This document shows positions 37,810 to 46,950 of a stretch of DNA of 52,871 nt, piece by piece; position 1 is the first letter of the stretch; every line of letters starts with the position of its first letter. Made by a program: the position numbers and the translations under genes. The DNA lies in NCBI GenBank assembly GCA_964578155.1, contig CAZOBQ010000002.1, positions 1 through 52,871 of the forward strand, in the 5' to 3' direction. This stretch comes from an uncultured Lentisphaeria bacterium (GTDB taxonomy: Bacteria; Fidelibacterota; UBA8477; JABMPR01). The notes beneath the pieces are model-generated. The model was not told the origin of the DNA, made no database searches, and saw only the letters and a program-made list of their open reading frames with translations.

Positions 37810-40800
37810 ATGAAAAACATAAACCGCATCATTTTTCTTGCAGCTCTGGTTGTTTTGCTGGCCTGCACCCCGGGATCACAAAAAAAAGATCACTATGATT
37901 ACTCCAACATGGATAGAGCGACAAAGGTTGCCCACAAACGAGTTGAGCAGTTTCTTGAGTTAGGCGCTACAGGGAAACTTCCGGTTAAGATTCTAAAATA
38001 CAGTAGAATTGATACGGTCATTATTAACAAGAAAACCAGAGAGCTTAATGTTTATCTCAATGACTGGTTCGCCTCCATGCCGTTTCGCATTAGCAACACA
38101 GCAGCCATCTATAGAGAGATGCGACAGGTCCTTGGCCGCAAGTTTAAGCGATATTCCCTGAAGATCTACGGTGGCGATGTGGTCATTGAACAGCTTATCC
38201 CTAATTACTATCGTGGGAATAAAAAAGCATATGATCGATCACGCATGCCCAAGCCTGATGAAGTGGTTGTTCCCTTAGTTAGGAATGCCAGCAAAGGGTG
38301 GAAACCCAGCAAAGGGCTTTACAATCGCAACATTGCGTTGTGGTCCAGTCATGGGTGGTATTATGAGCAGAAATTCGACCGCTGGGAATGGCAACGGGTT
38401 CGAGCCTTCCAGTCTGTTGAAGATCTCTTACCTCACGCCTTTGTGACTCAATATCTAATGCCAATGTTAGAGAATTCAGGCGCCCAGGTTTTCATGCCAC
38501 GGGAGCGAGATATTCAATGGAATGAGTCAGTTGTGGACAATGACACCCCTGAGAACGCAGACGAGTATCGGGAAAGTGGGTTCTGGCAAACCTCCAGCGA
38601 TACAGGCTTTGCCATTGGAACACCTCCTTATGGCGAAGGCATCAATCCATTTAAGCTGGGTACCTATCGCTATTCAGAATCGAACACAGAGGCAACGAGT
38701 TCAATTAAGTGGATTCCAAAAATTGAAGAAGCAGGTAAGTATGCTATCTATATCTCATATTCTGCTTCTGAAGAGAATGTAAGTGATGCCCATTATTCAG
38801 TTTATCACCTGGGTGGAAAAACCGACTTTCTGGTGAACCAACAGATAGGTGGAAGCACCTGGATCTATCTCGGGACGTTCATGCTTAACGCTGGATTCAA
38901 CCAAGACAATGGCAGGGTAGAACTCACCAACCAGAGTGCTGAATCAGGAAAAACCGTGACTGCCGATGGCGTTCGTTTTGGTGGTGGTATGGGAAATATT
39001 GCCCGCAATGGCCAGGCAAGCGGTCGCCCTCGATTTACTGAAGCAGCACGCTATAATTTACAATATGCAGGTATGCCGGATACTCTGGTTTACATGCTCA
39101 ACGAGGATAGTGATTATAAGGACGACTATCTAAGTCGTGGAGAATGGGTTAATTATCTAAAGGGAGCTCCTTTCGGACCCAATAAAGACCGAAGTGTTGA
39201 GGGTTTAAGGATTCCTATCGACCTGTCCATGGCCTTCCATACTGATGCTGGGACCACTCGAAATGATACGGTTATCGGAACATTAATGATCTATCGTGAC
39301 GAAGACCAGGGTGGTTCAACGGTGTTTCCTGACGAAATGTCGCGTCTGGCCAGTCGCGATCTGGCGGATATCATGCAAACCCAAATCATTGAAGACATTC
39401 GCGCAAAATACGATCCGGCCTGGACTCGACGCTGGATTTGGAACCGTGACTATAGTGAAATCTCTCGTCCGAATGTGCCGGCCGTCTTGTTAGAATTATT
39501 ATCTCACCAAAACTTTTTGGACATGAAGTTTGCCCTAGATCCTGATTTCCGTTTCCACACCAGTCGATCCATCTACAAAGCCATGTTGAAATTTATCAGT
39601 GTTCAGTATCAGGTCGACTATGTGGTTCAACCGCTCCCAGTTTCTCATTTTCAGGCCACTTTTGACAATGCCGGGGATGTGGTGTTGAAATGGAAGCCCG
39701 TTATCGATCCCCTGGAAGCTACAGCCACACCGGACAAGTATAGGGTCTATACCCGGATTGGCGATAAAGATTTTGGAAATGGGACCCTGGTCTCTCACAC
39801 AGAATTTACAATCAAGGACCTACTACCCGGAGAAATATACAGCTTTAAAGTGACTGCCGTAAACGAGGGTGGCGAGAGTTTCCCCTCTGAGATATTGGCT
39901 GTGTCTTATCAGGGGAACAATAAAAAGCCGGTTTTGATCGTGAATGGATTTGATCGTATTGCAATAGCAGGTACAATTGAGACTGATGAATATTTAGGCT
40001 TTATGAATCTTTGGGACCAGGGTGTTCCGGATAAATATGACCTGGATTTTACAGGCCAACAGTATGATCTTTTGGCGTCATCTCCCTGGTTGGATGATGA
40101 CGAGCCTGGACATGGTGCCAGCTTTGCTGACTATGAAACCACCATTATCCCCGGAAACACCTTTGACTTTCCATATGTACACGGGATGTCCATCCGAGCC
40201 AGCGGTCATTCATTTGTTTCAAGTAGTGATGAAGCCATCATGGACAATCAGTTAGACATGACAGACTATGAGTATGTAGATTTGATCCTGGGAGAAGAAA
40301 AGACCACCGATGGTCCTAAACCTCGAGTCGAGATGCGTTTTAGGGCATTCCCTAAACCCTTTCAAGCTGCACTTGAGCACTATGTCAGTATGGGTGGAAA
40401 CATATTTATTAGCGGTGCTTATGTGGGCACGGATCTGTTTGAAAACCGGGTTGATTCCCTGGACATAGAGTTTGCTGAGCAGGTTTTGAAATATAGACAT
40501 AGAACAGATCACGCAGTAAATACAGGCAAGGTCATTTCCTCTGACAGCACGCTTTTTACTCTTCCTGAAGGCTTTGAGTTTAATACGCTGGTTCATCCAA
40601 AACTATATGCAGTAGAGTCACCTGACGCTATTGAACCGGTTGACACAACTGCCTCCACTGTCCTCAGATATGCCGAGAACAACACCAGCGCTGCAGTGGC
40701 TCATAGCGGAGATAGTAAAATTATGGTCTTTGGGTTTCCATTCGAGACTATCATCTCCCAGACACACCGGGATGAGGTCATGAAATCGATCTTGGAGTTC

Positions 40801-40818
40801 TTTTTGCGTAAAGATTAG
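37810..40818 (+). CDS. Large lipoprotein with Amidase_3 (MurNAc-LAA)-like, carbohydrate-binding-like and FN3 domains
   Basis: Lipobox LLAC. MAFHTDAG and PAVLLELLSHQN resemble Amidase_3 zinc-ligand regions. FN3: KYRVYTRIGDKDFGNGT...GEIYSFKVTAVNEGGES. Confidence 0.6.
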   Translation: MKNINRIIFLAALVVLLACTPGSQKKDHYDYSNMDRATKVAHKRVEQFLELGATGKLPVKILKYSRIDTVIINKKTRELNVYLNDWFASMPFRISNTAAIYREMRQVLGRKFKRYSLKIYGGDVVIEQLIPNYYRGNKKAYDRSRMPKPDEVVVPLVRNASKGWKPSKGLYNRNIALWSSHGWYYEQKFDRWEWQRVRAFQSVEDLLPHAFVTQYLMPMLENSGAQVFMPRERDIQWNESVVDNDTPENADEYRESGFWQTSSDTGFAIGTPPYGEGINPFKLGTYRYSESNTEATSSIKWIPKIEEAGKYAIYISYSASEENVSDAHYSVYHLGGKTDFLVNQQIGGSTWIYLGTFMLNAGFNQDNGRVELTNQSAESGKTVTADGVRFGGGMGNIARNGQASGRPRFTEAARYNLQYAGMPDTLVYMLNEDSDYKDDYLSRGEWVNYLKGAPFGPNKDRSVEGLRIPIDLSMAFHTDAGTTRNDTVIGTLMIYRDEDQGGSTVFPDEMSRLASRDLADIMQTQIIEDIRAKYDPAWTRRWIWNRDYSEISRPNVPAVLLELLSHQNFLDMKFALDPDFRFHTSRSIYKAMLKFISVQYQVDYVVQPLPVSHFQATFDNAGDVVLKWKPVIDPLEATATPDKYRVYTRIGDKDFGNGTLVSHTEFTIKDLLPGEIYSFKVTAVNEGGESFPSEILAVSYQGNNKKPVLIVNGFDRIAIAGTIETDEYLGFMNLWDQGVPDKYDLDFTGQQYDLLASSPWLDDDEPGHGASFADYETTIIPGNTFDFPYVHGMSIRASGHSFVSSSDEAIMDNQLDMTDYEYVDLILGEEKTTDGPKPRVEMRFRAFPKPFQAALEHYVSMGGNIFISGAYVGTDLFENRVDSLDIEFAEQVLKYRHRTDHAVNTGKVISSDSTLFTLPEGFEFNTLVHPKLYAVESPDAIEPVDTTASTVLRYAENNTSAAVAHSGDSKIMVFGFPFETIISQTHRDEVMKSILEFFLRKD

Positions 40819-40914
40819 TCTTAGTTTATCCGCGAGATAAGCGGGCTGAAGACAAGTTAGAAAAACAGTCAGACAAAAACAGGTGTATTGGTTGTCCTGT
40901 GAGTGTCGACCATA

Positions 40915-42069
40915 ATGAGTCAAAACTTAAACTACCAGATTATCTCTAAGCCGGCAGGTCCTTCCTGTAACATGGACTGCACCTACTGCTTTTATTTGGA
41001 AAAAGAACAGCTCTTTGCTCCGTTACCAACACAAGACGTGCCTCTTCGAATCATGTCTGAGCCTATTCTGGAAACCTATATTCAAAAAAAGCTAAACACG
41101 GAAAGTTCGTCTGAACAAAGCTTTATCTGGCAGGGTGGTGAACCCACCTTATTAGGTTTGGAATATTTTGAAAAAGTCGTAGCACTTCAGCAAAAGCACG
41201 CGCGAGGAAAAGGGATTCAGAATGCCGTTCAAACCAATGGCGTGCTGTTGAATGATGAATGGTGTGAATTCTTTGCCAAACATAACTTTCTAGTGGGGAT
41301 CTCAATTGATGGTCCCCGAGAACTCAATGATAAATATCGTGTGAATAAAGCGGGGGATTCCACTTTTGATAAAGTCGTTGAAGGTGTGGCCTTACTAAAG
41401 AAACACCAGGTTGAGTTCAATACCCTTACCACGGTTCATAAAGGCAATGCTGACCATGCATTGGAGATTTACAGGTTTCTAAAGGAACTGGGTAGTCGGT
41501 TCATGCAGTTCATCCCAATTGTTGAGAAGAATAACGATATGTCGGTAGACTCAAAGCAATACGGGGATTTTCTTGTCGCCATTTTTGATGAATGGGTGAG
41601 TCAAAACGTGGGACATATCTTTGTTCAGAATTTCGATGTAGCTTTAGAAGCATGGTCTGGCTTACCGTCTAGCTTGTGCGTCTTTGCTGAAACCTGTGGA
41701 ACCGCTCCCGTACTTGAACACAATGGTGACATGTATGCCTGTGATCACTATGTTGAGCCAAAGTATAAGATTGGAAACATCCTAGATGATGAGTTGCCTA
41801 CAATCATGCAATCTCCGCAACAAGTCGCCTTTGGCCAGGACAAACTGGATCAGCTTCATCCCAAATGTATCCGCTGCGATTATCGTTTTGCCTGTCATGG
41901 TGGCTGTCCCAAAGATCGAATCCTGACAACAACTGAAAGTGATAATAAGCTCAACTATTTATGTGATGGGTATACCAGGTTTTTCGAACATATAGATCCA
42001 CAGATGAAGTTTATGGCAAATGAAATACGGCACAGACGTGCCCCGGCAAACGTCATGATAACACAATGA
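40915..42069 (+). CDS. Anaerobic sulfatase-maturating enzyme (radical SAM/SPASM)
   Basis: CNMDCTYC (CX3CX2C) near the N-terminus. C-terminal SPASM cysteines CIRCDYRFACHGGCPKDR. Confidence 0.9.
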   Translation: MSQNLNYQIISKPAGPSCNMDCTYCFYLEKEQLFAPLPTQDVPLRIMSEPILETYIQKKLNTESSSEQSFIWQGGEPTLLGLEYFEKVVALQQKHARGKGIQNAVQTNGVLLNDEWCEFFAKHNFLVGISIDGPRELNDKYRVNKAGDSTFDKVVEGVALLKKHQVEFNTLTTVHKGNADHALEIYRFLKELGSRFMQFIPIVEKNNDMSVDSKQYGDFLVAIFDEWVSQNVGHIFVQNFDVALEAWSGLPSSLCVFAETCGTAPVLEHNGDMYACDHYVEPKYKIGNILDDELPTIMQSPQQVAFGQDKLDQLHPKCIRCDYRFACHGGCPKDRILTTTESDNKLNYLCDGYTRFFEHIDPQMKFMANEIRHRRAPANVMITQ

Positions 42070-42076
42070 GGTAAAG

Positions 42077-43675
42077 ATGAAAACGACTCGTAGAGAATTT
42101 ATCAAAAGGGTTGGCATGGGAACTACAGCACTTGCTGTTCCCGGTTTAATGACCGTGGGCTGTATGAAAAAGACCAGGCCAAATATCGTATTCATCATGA
42201 GTGACGACCATGCCGAACAAGCCATCAGTTGTTATGGGAGTCAACTTATAAAGACGCCGGGAATTGATCGTATCGCCAAAGAAGGTATTCGCTTTGAGAA
42301 TAGCTTTGTTACCAACTCCATCTGCGCCCCCAGTCGCGCTACCATGTTGACCGGAAAATACAGTCATCTAAATGGACTACACGATCATAGGGATACTTTT
42401 GATGGAAGCCAGGTCACATTTCCAAAGTTGCTACAGGAGGCGGGCTATCATACATCCATAGTGGGGAAGTGGCATCTCAAATCAGAGCCCACCGGCTTTG
42501 ATTCCTGGAACATTCTGAAAGGCCAGGGTCAGTATTATAACCCAAGTTTTAACGACAACGGAAGCAATCGCGAGTATGTTGGCTATACTACAGACCTGGT
42601 CACAGACAGAGCCCTTGAAACCCTGGACTCAATGGATAAGTCAAAACCTTTTTGCATGCTCATCCACCACAAGGCGCCCCATCGAAACTGGATGCCCAAC
42701 CTGAAACATCTTGATGCTTTTAATGATGAAGAATTTTCTGTTCCAGAGACCTTCTTCGATGACTACTCCGGACGCAAGGCAGCTGCCGGAGCAGATATGC
42801 GCATCGATGATATGTATTTGTCTTTCGACCTCAAACTGCAGGAAGAATTTTACGGAACCGAAACAGGCTCTGGCGGGAAAGAGTCTTACGCAAAAAATGT
42901 GGGTGAAACCTGGAAGAACACCTACAACCGACTTACCAAAGAACAAAAAACAGTTTGGGATGCGCATTACAACAAGATCAACCAGGAGTTTAAGGCTTTA
43001 AAACTCACGGGAGATGAGCTGTTGGTGTGGAAATACCAACATTATCTCAAAGATTATCTCCGCTGTATTCTTTCATTAGATGAAAACGTCGGTCGAGTGC
43101 TTGACTACTTAGACGAACAGGGATTGACTGAAAACACCATCGTTGTGTATACTTCTGATCAGGGTTTTTATCTGGGTGAGCATGGTTGGTATGACAAGCG
43201 CTTCATGTATGAAGAGTCCCTGGGCATGCCTCTGGTCATGCGTTATCCACAAGAGATCCAGACAGGTCAAGTTTCTCAAGATATGGTGATGAATCTGGAT
43301 TTTGCATCCACCTTCCTTGACTATGCCGGAGTGACTATTCCCGATGATATGCAGGGATCATCTCTGCGCGCACTAGTGAAAGGACAAACTCCCCAGGACT
43401 GGAGACAGGCTGTCTATTATCACTATTACAACAATCCCAAAGGATGGCATAGTGTGGGTGGTCACTATGGTGTAAGAACTGAACGCTACAAGCTGATCCA
43501 TTTCTATATGGAGGATGACTGGGAGTTGTTTGACCTAGCCGAGGACCCCAGCGAAGTTAATAATGTTTATGCTGATCCAGCATATTCTGGAGTGCTGATT
43601 GATATGAAACAGAAATTATCTGAACTCCAGCAGGCTTACGGTGACACAGAGATTCCCGTAGAAAATGAGTATTAA
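42077..43675 (+). CDS. Cys-type sulfatase with twin-arginine signal peptide
   Basis: TRREFIK Tat motif. NIVFIMSDDH and SICAPSRATMLTGKY (CxPxR formylglycine motif). Confidence 0.92.
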   Translation: MKTTRREFIKRVGMGTTALAVPGLMTVGCMKKTRPNIVFIMSDDHAEQAISCYGSQLIKTPGIDRIAKEGIRFENSFVTNSICAPSRATMLTGKYSHLNGLHDHRDTFDGSQVTFPKLLQEAGYHTSIVGKWHLKSEPTGFDSWNILKGQGQYYNPSFNDNGSNREYVGYTTDLVTDRALETLDSMDKSKPFCMLIHHKAPHRNWMPNLKHLDAFNDEEFSVPETFFDDYSGRKAAAGADMRIDDMYLSFDLKLQEEFYGTETGSGGKESYAKNVGETWKNTYNRLTKEQKTVWDAHYNKINQEFKALKLTGDELLVWKYQHYLKDYLRCILSLDENVGRVLDYLDEQGLTENTIVVYTSDQGFYLGEHGWYDKRFMYEESLGMPLVMRYPQEIQTGQVSQDMVMNLDFASTFLDYAGVTIPDDMQGSSLRALVKGQTPQDWRQAVYYHYYNNPKGWHSVGGHYGVRTERYKLIHFYMEDDWELFDLAEDPSEVNNVYADPAYSGVLIDMKQKLSELQQAYGDTEIPVENEY

Positions 43676-44761
43676 ATGATGATGACAAAAAGAACACTCC
43701 AATTATCTATTCTCCTGGCAAGCCTCTTGTTTTTTCAGTCTTGTGCCCAGAGAACCATATGGTATAAAGGTAACACACATGCCCACACTGTGATTTGTGG
43801 TCATGCTGACTCTCCACCGGAAGTGGTGACTCAATGGTACCATGATCACGGCTATAATTTTCTTATTCTCAGCGAGCACAACCATTTCATTGATCCTGAT
43901 TCTGTAATAATGCCGGAAAACCTCAGGGATAACTTCATTCTCATTCCAGGCGAAGAGGTTTCTGGACCCAAGATCGTACACACAACCGCCATGAATATCC
44001 AAGGCTTGGTTTCACAGCGAAAGGATCTTGAAGTAAAAGCTGAAATTATTCAGGATCATGTGGACAGCACCTTGAGTAAAGGTGGACACACCATTCTAAA
44101 TCATCCCAATTATATCTATACCGTTTCAGCGGCTGACATTATGCCGGTCAATAATTTATATATGTTTGAACTCTATAATGGCCATCCCTTGGTCAACAAT
44201 GCGGGGGACTCGGTCCATGTCTCTACTGAGGTACTCTGGGATGAGTTGCTTACCGCCGGAATGACAATTTTTGGCGTTTCATCCGATGATGCTCATTATT
44301 TTGCAACTATGGACAGTCTGCATTCTAATCCCGGTCGGGGTTGGGTTATGGTCAATGCTCCAAAGCTTAGCGGAGATGCCATTACCGCCGCCATGAATCG
44401 AGGTGACTTCTATGCTAGCAATGGAGTGATCCTCAAGCAGTGTAGCGTTAGCAGGGGCGTTTACCGTGTGGAGGTTGACGAACGGGCCACCGAGGACGAG
44501 CTGACATCACCAGAATTGCGTGGTGAGCACATTGAAAAAGGAGATCTAGGATATTTGATCGAATTCATTGGCCCCGACAGTAAGATTTTGGCGAGCTCAA
44601 GATCTTCAATCGCCAGCTTTCCCCTTTCCAGTGCTTCACAATATGTACGGGCAAAGGTTAGTTTTCGCCGCAAGACTGAGGGCGTTGAATTGGAAGCATT
44701 TTATGCCTGGGGACAACCGACCTTCATGGATGAAAGAAGCTTGAGTGATAAATCTCAATAA
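43676..44761 (+). CDS. PHP-domain (CehA/McbA-like) metallohydrolase, exported or lipoprotein
   Basis: Signal peptide ending FFQSC. WYKGNTHAHTVICGHADS and LNHPNY metal-ligand-like motifs. Confidence 0.65.
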   Translation: MMMTKRTLQLSILLASLLFFQSCAQRTIWYKGNTHAHTVICGHADSPPEVVTQWYHDHGYNFLILSEHNHFIDPDSVIMPENLRDNFILIPGEEVSGPKIVHTTAMNIQGLVSQRKDLEVKAEIIQDHVDSTLSKGGHTILNHPNYIYTVSAADIMPVNNLYMFELYNGHPLVNNAGDSVHVSTEVLWDELLTAGMTIFGVSSDDAHYFATMDSLHSNPGRGWVMVNAPKLSGDAITAAMNRGDFYASNGVILKQCSVSRGVYRVEVDERATEDELTSPELRGEHIEKGDLGYLIEFIGPDSKILASSRSSIASFPLSSASQYVRAKVSFRRKTEGVELEAFYAWGQPTFMDERSLSDKSQ

Positions 44762-45398
44762 ACAGATTATTCTCTTCGGAATCACAGGCTTTCTGTCCAG
44801 CCTGCTCTCATTCACTCCTGGTGAGGGTCTTTCACTGACAGCAGAAGAGATGACGCAAGTTCAGCGGGGAGAAATAATACTTCGGGACCTCAGTACAGAA
44901 GACTCACCGGGACAGACTTTTGAGGCTATTGGTTTGATCAATACACCACGAGTTGAAGTAGTGCAGGTATTGATTGATTATGAGAAATACCCCGAGTTTA
45001 TGCCTAATGTGACTCATGTGGAGATCGTTGAGCAAACAGGTGACGAAGCAGTCTTGAATTATATTTTGAAGCTCCCCATGGGGATTGTCAAAAAGTATCG
45101 GATTCAAATAGCTCTGATGGAGAGAGACAGTTTAACCTCAATTATTGAATGGCAGTATCGTGATTGGCCTGGGTTAAAACAGAAAGAGACCATCAGGGAT
45201 ACCAAGGGCTTCTGGCAGATAGAGGAAGTATCACCTGAAACCTGTCTCGTATGGTATCAAGTCTATTCTGATCCAGGACCAGTTCCTTTTGGTTTTGGCT
45301 GGATCGTTAATTTTTTAACCCAAACCAGCTTTCCCGACGCATTTCAGCAGACCAAGCTTCGGGCAGAAGCCTTTGATTCCATAATAGACCCTAACTAA
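44745..45398 (+). CDS. SRPBCC (START/cyclase-dehydrase-like) protein with N-terminal signal or anchor
   Basis: VLIDYEKYPEFMPNV is typical of the polyketide_cyc2/SRPBCC fold. GTG start overlapping the upstream gene by 17 nt. Confidence 0.6.
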   Translation: MINLNKQIILFGITGFLSSLLSFTPGEGLSLTAEEMTQVQRGEIILRDLSTEDSPGQTFEAIGLINTPRVEVVQVLIDYEKYPEFMPNVTHVEIVEQTGDEAVLNYILKLPMGIVKKYRIQIALMERDSLTSIIEWQYRDWPGLKQKETIRDTKGFWQIEEVSPETCLVWYQVYSDPGPVPFGFGWIVNFLTQTSFPDAFQQTKLRAEAFDSIIDPN

Positions 45399-45431
45399 CT
45401 GCAGAGAAATCAAACTCGTCACACCAAGCTC

Positions 45432-45460
45432 GTCATCCTGAGCCCGTCGAAGGACGACGG
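45432..45460. repeat. GC-rich hairpin CGTCATCC-N13-GGACGACG downstream of the SRPBCC gene
   Basis: Read directly, one wobble position. The motif style (gtcatcctgag...cgaaggacg) resembles the core of the repeats at 51352 and 52161. Confidence 0.5.
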
Positions 45461-45558
45461 TTATAGCGACAAGCTTACTCCTTTACCCTAAACACCCCTT
45501 TTAAATGAAACCAATTGCTCCTAAGTTTGTCCCACAAAAAAACAGAAGCGTGGTATTG

Positions 45559-46791
45559 ATGATGAATTCAACAAATAAATTATCCCAAAAGCTAATTTAC
45601 CTTTTCCTGGCAGTGTTAATTGTCTCCACGCCGCTCCCAAGCAAAGCCTACACCACCGATCGCGTTGTCCTGGTCATTATTGACGGACTTCGCTACAGCG
45701 AAGGTCTTGGCGATCCAAACCACACCTATACACCACGTATGGCAGCACTTGCAAATCAAGGTGCTTTGGTCGACAACTTCCGTAATGATGGCGTGACCAA
45801 AACCTGGAGAGCAATTCCGGCTATCTGGTGTGGAGCCTGGACAGAAATTAACACCTTCTCAGATCCTTACTGTGGTGGATCAAACAACAATACCACAGAG
45901 CTGCCTACGGTGTTTGAATATTATAGGAAACAATTAAACAGACCGGCTGACGATTGCATTTACACGATAAAAAATCTGTGCTCCTGGAAAGCCAGTCATG
46001 ATGTGGACTATGGACCGGATTACTGGCCACTGTATCACGAAGCGGGCACTACAGATACTGATGTGTGGCAGGAGACGGAGCAGGTTATAGCCACTCAGTC
46101 ACCTCGCTTATTGTTGATGTATCTGGCTGATGTGGATCATGCGGGGCATGTCGGTGATTGGAACGATTATCTCAAGTCTATTGTCACTGCTGACAGTCTA
46201 GTCGGTAGACTTTGGGAGGTGCTCCAGGCTGATACGGCCTATGCCGGAAAAACGACTCTATTGGTTACCAATGATCATGGTCGTCATGATTGGGATTTTA
46301 CCGGTCACGGGGATGGTTGTGAAGGCTGCCGCCATATCCAACTGCTGGCAGTTGGGCCAGATGTGCGGACTGGGCTTAGATCTGATGTAACTCGCACCAT
46401 ACCGGATATTGCTCCCACCATTGGTGAGTTGCTGGGCTTCACCACAGAGAAAGCCACCGGGACAGCCATGACAGAGCTATTTACCGATGTGGTTCATATT
46501 GACAGGTCTCAGCGTCCTGAAATCCAAGCTCTTAAGGTTTTTCCAAATCCCAGCAATCAGGGTACAACCATAGAAATATCCTTGCCAATTGAATCAGAAA
46601 TTGAGCTACAGGTTTACGACCTAAAAGGACGGCTGGTCACCACCATAAATAGATATCTTGGAGCTGGCCTTAATCAGATCAGTTGGAATGGAACAGATAA
46701 TCATGGCAGGGAAATATCATCGGGGACCTACCTGATACGATTGCAGGCTGATAATGATGTGTCTCTTGGAAAAATTGTTCTTATAAAATAA
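45559..46791 (+). CDS. Alkaline-phosphatase-superfamily (phosphodiesterase/phosphatase-like) protein with T9SS C-terminal sorting domain
   Basis: VVLVIIDGLRY, DVDHAGH and VTNDHGRHD metal-site motifs. C-terminal KVFPNPSNQGTTIEISL...VYDLKGRLV...GTYLIRL. Start at 45505 or 45559. Confidence 0.75.
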   Translation: MMNSTNKLSQKLIYLFLAVLIVSTPLPSKAYTTDRVVLVIIDGLRYSEGLGDPNHTYTPRMAALANQGALVDNFRNDGVTKTWRAIPAIWCGAWTEINTFSDPYCGGSNNNTTELPTVFEYYRKQLNRPADDCIYTIKNLCSWKASHDVDYGPDYWPLYHEAGTTDTDVWQETEQVIATQSPRLLLMYLADVDHAGHVGDWNDYLKSIVTADSLVGRLWEVLQADTAYAGKTTLLVTNDHGRHDWDFTGHGDGCEGCRHIQLLAVGPDVRTGLRSDVTRTIPDIAPTIGELLGFTTEKATGTAMTELFTDVVHIDRSQRPEIQALKVFPNPSNQGTTIEISLPIESEIELQVYDLKGRLVTTINRYLGAGLNQISWNGTDNHGREISSGTYLIRLQADNDVSLGKIVLIK

Positions 46792-46816
46792 GTATAGGTA
46801 GAACTCTCATCAGCAT

Positions 46817-46850
46817 AGCTGAAAATCGAAGCCGGGTGATTTCAGCTTTT
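46817..46850 (+). terminator. Rho-independent terminator after the T9SS phosphatase gene
   Basis: AGCTGAAA (46817-46824) pairs with TTTCAGCT (46840-46847), followed by TTT. Confidence 0.65.
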
Positions 46851-46950
46851 AAAAAACCATGATATAACTACATTTAGATGATTAATTAAAAAAATATAGG
46901 TTTTAAGACTAAGAGAAAGTTAATGACTATTTGTCGCAAGGGGCTTGGGA

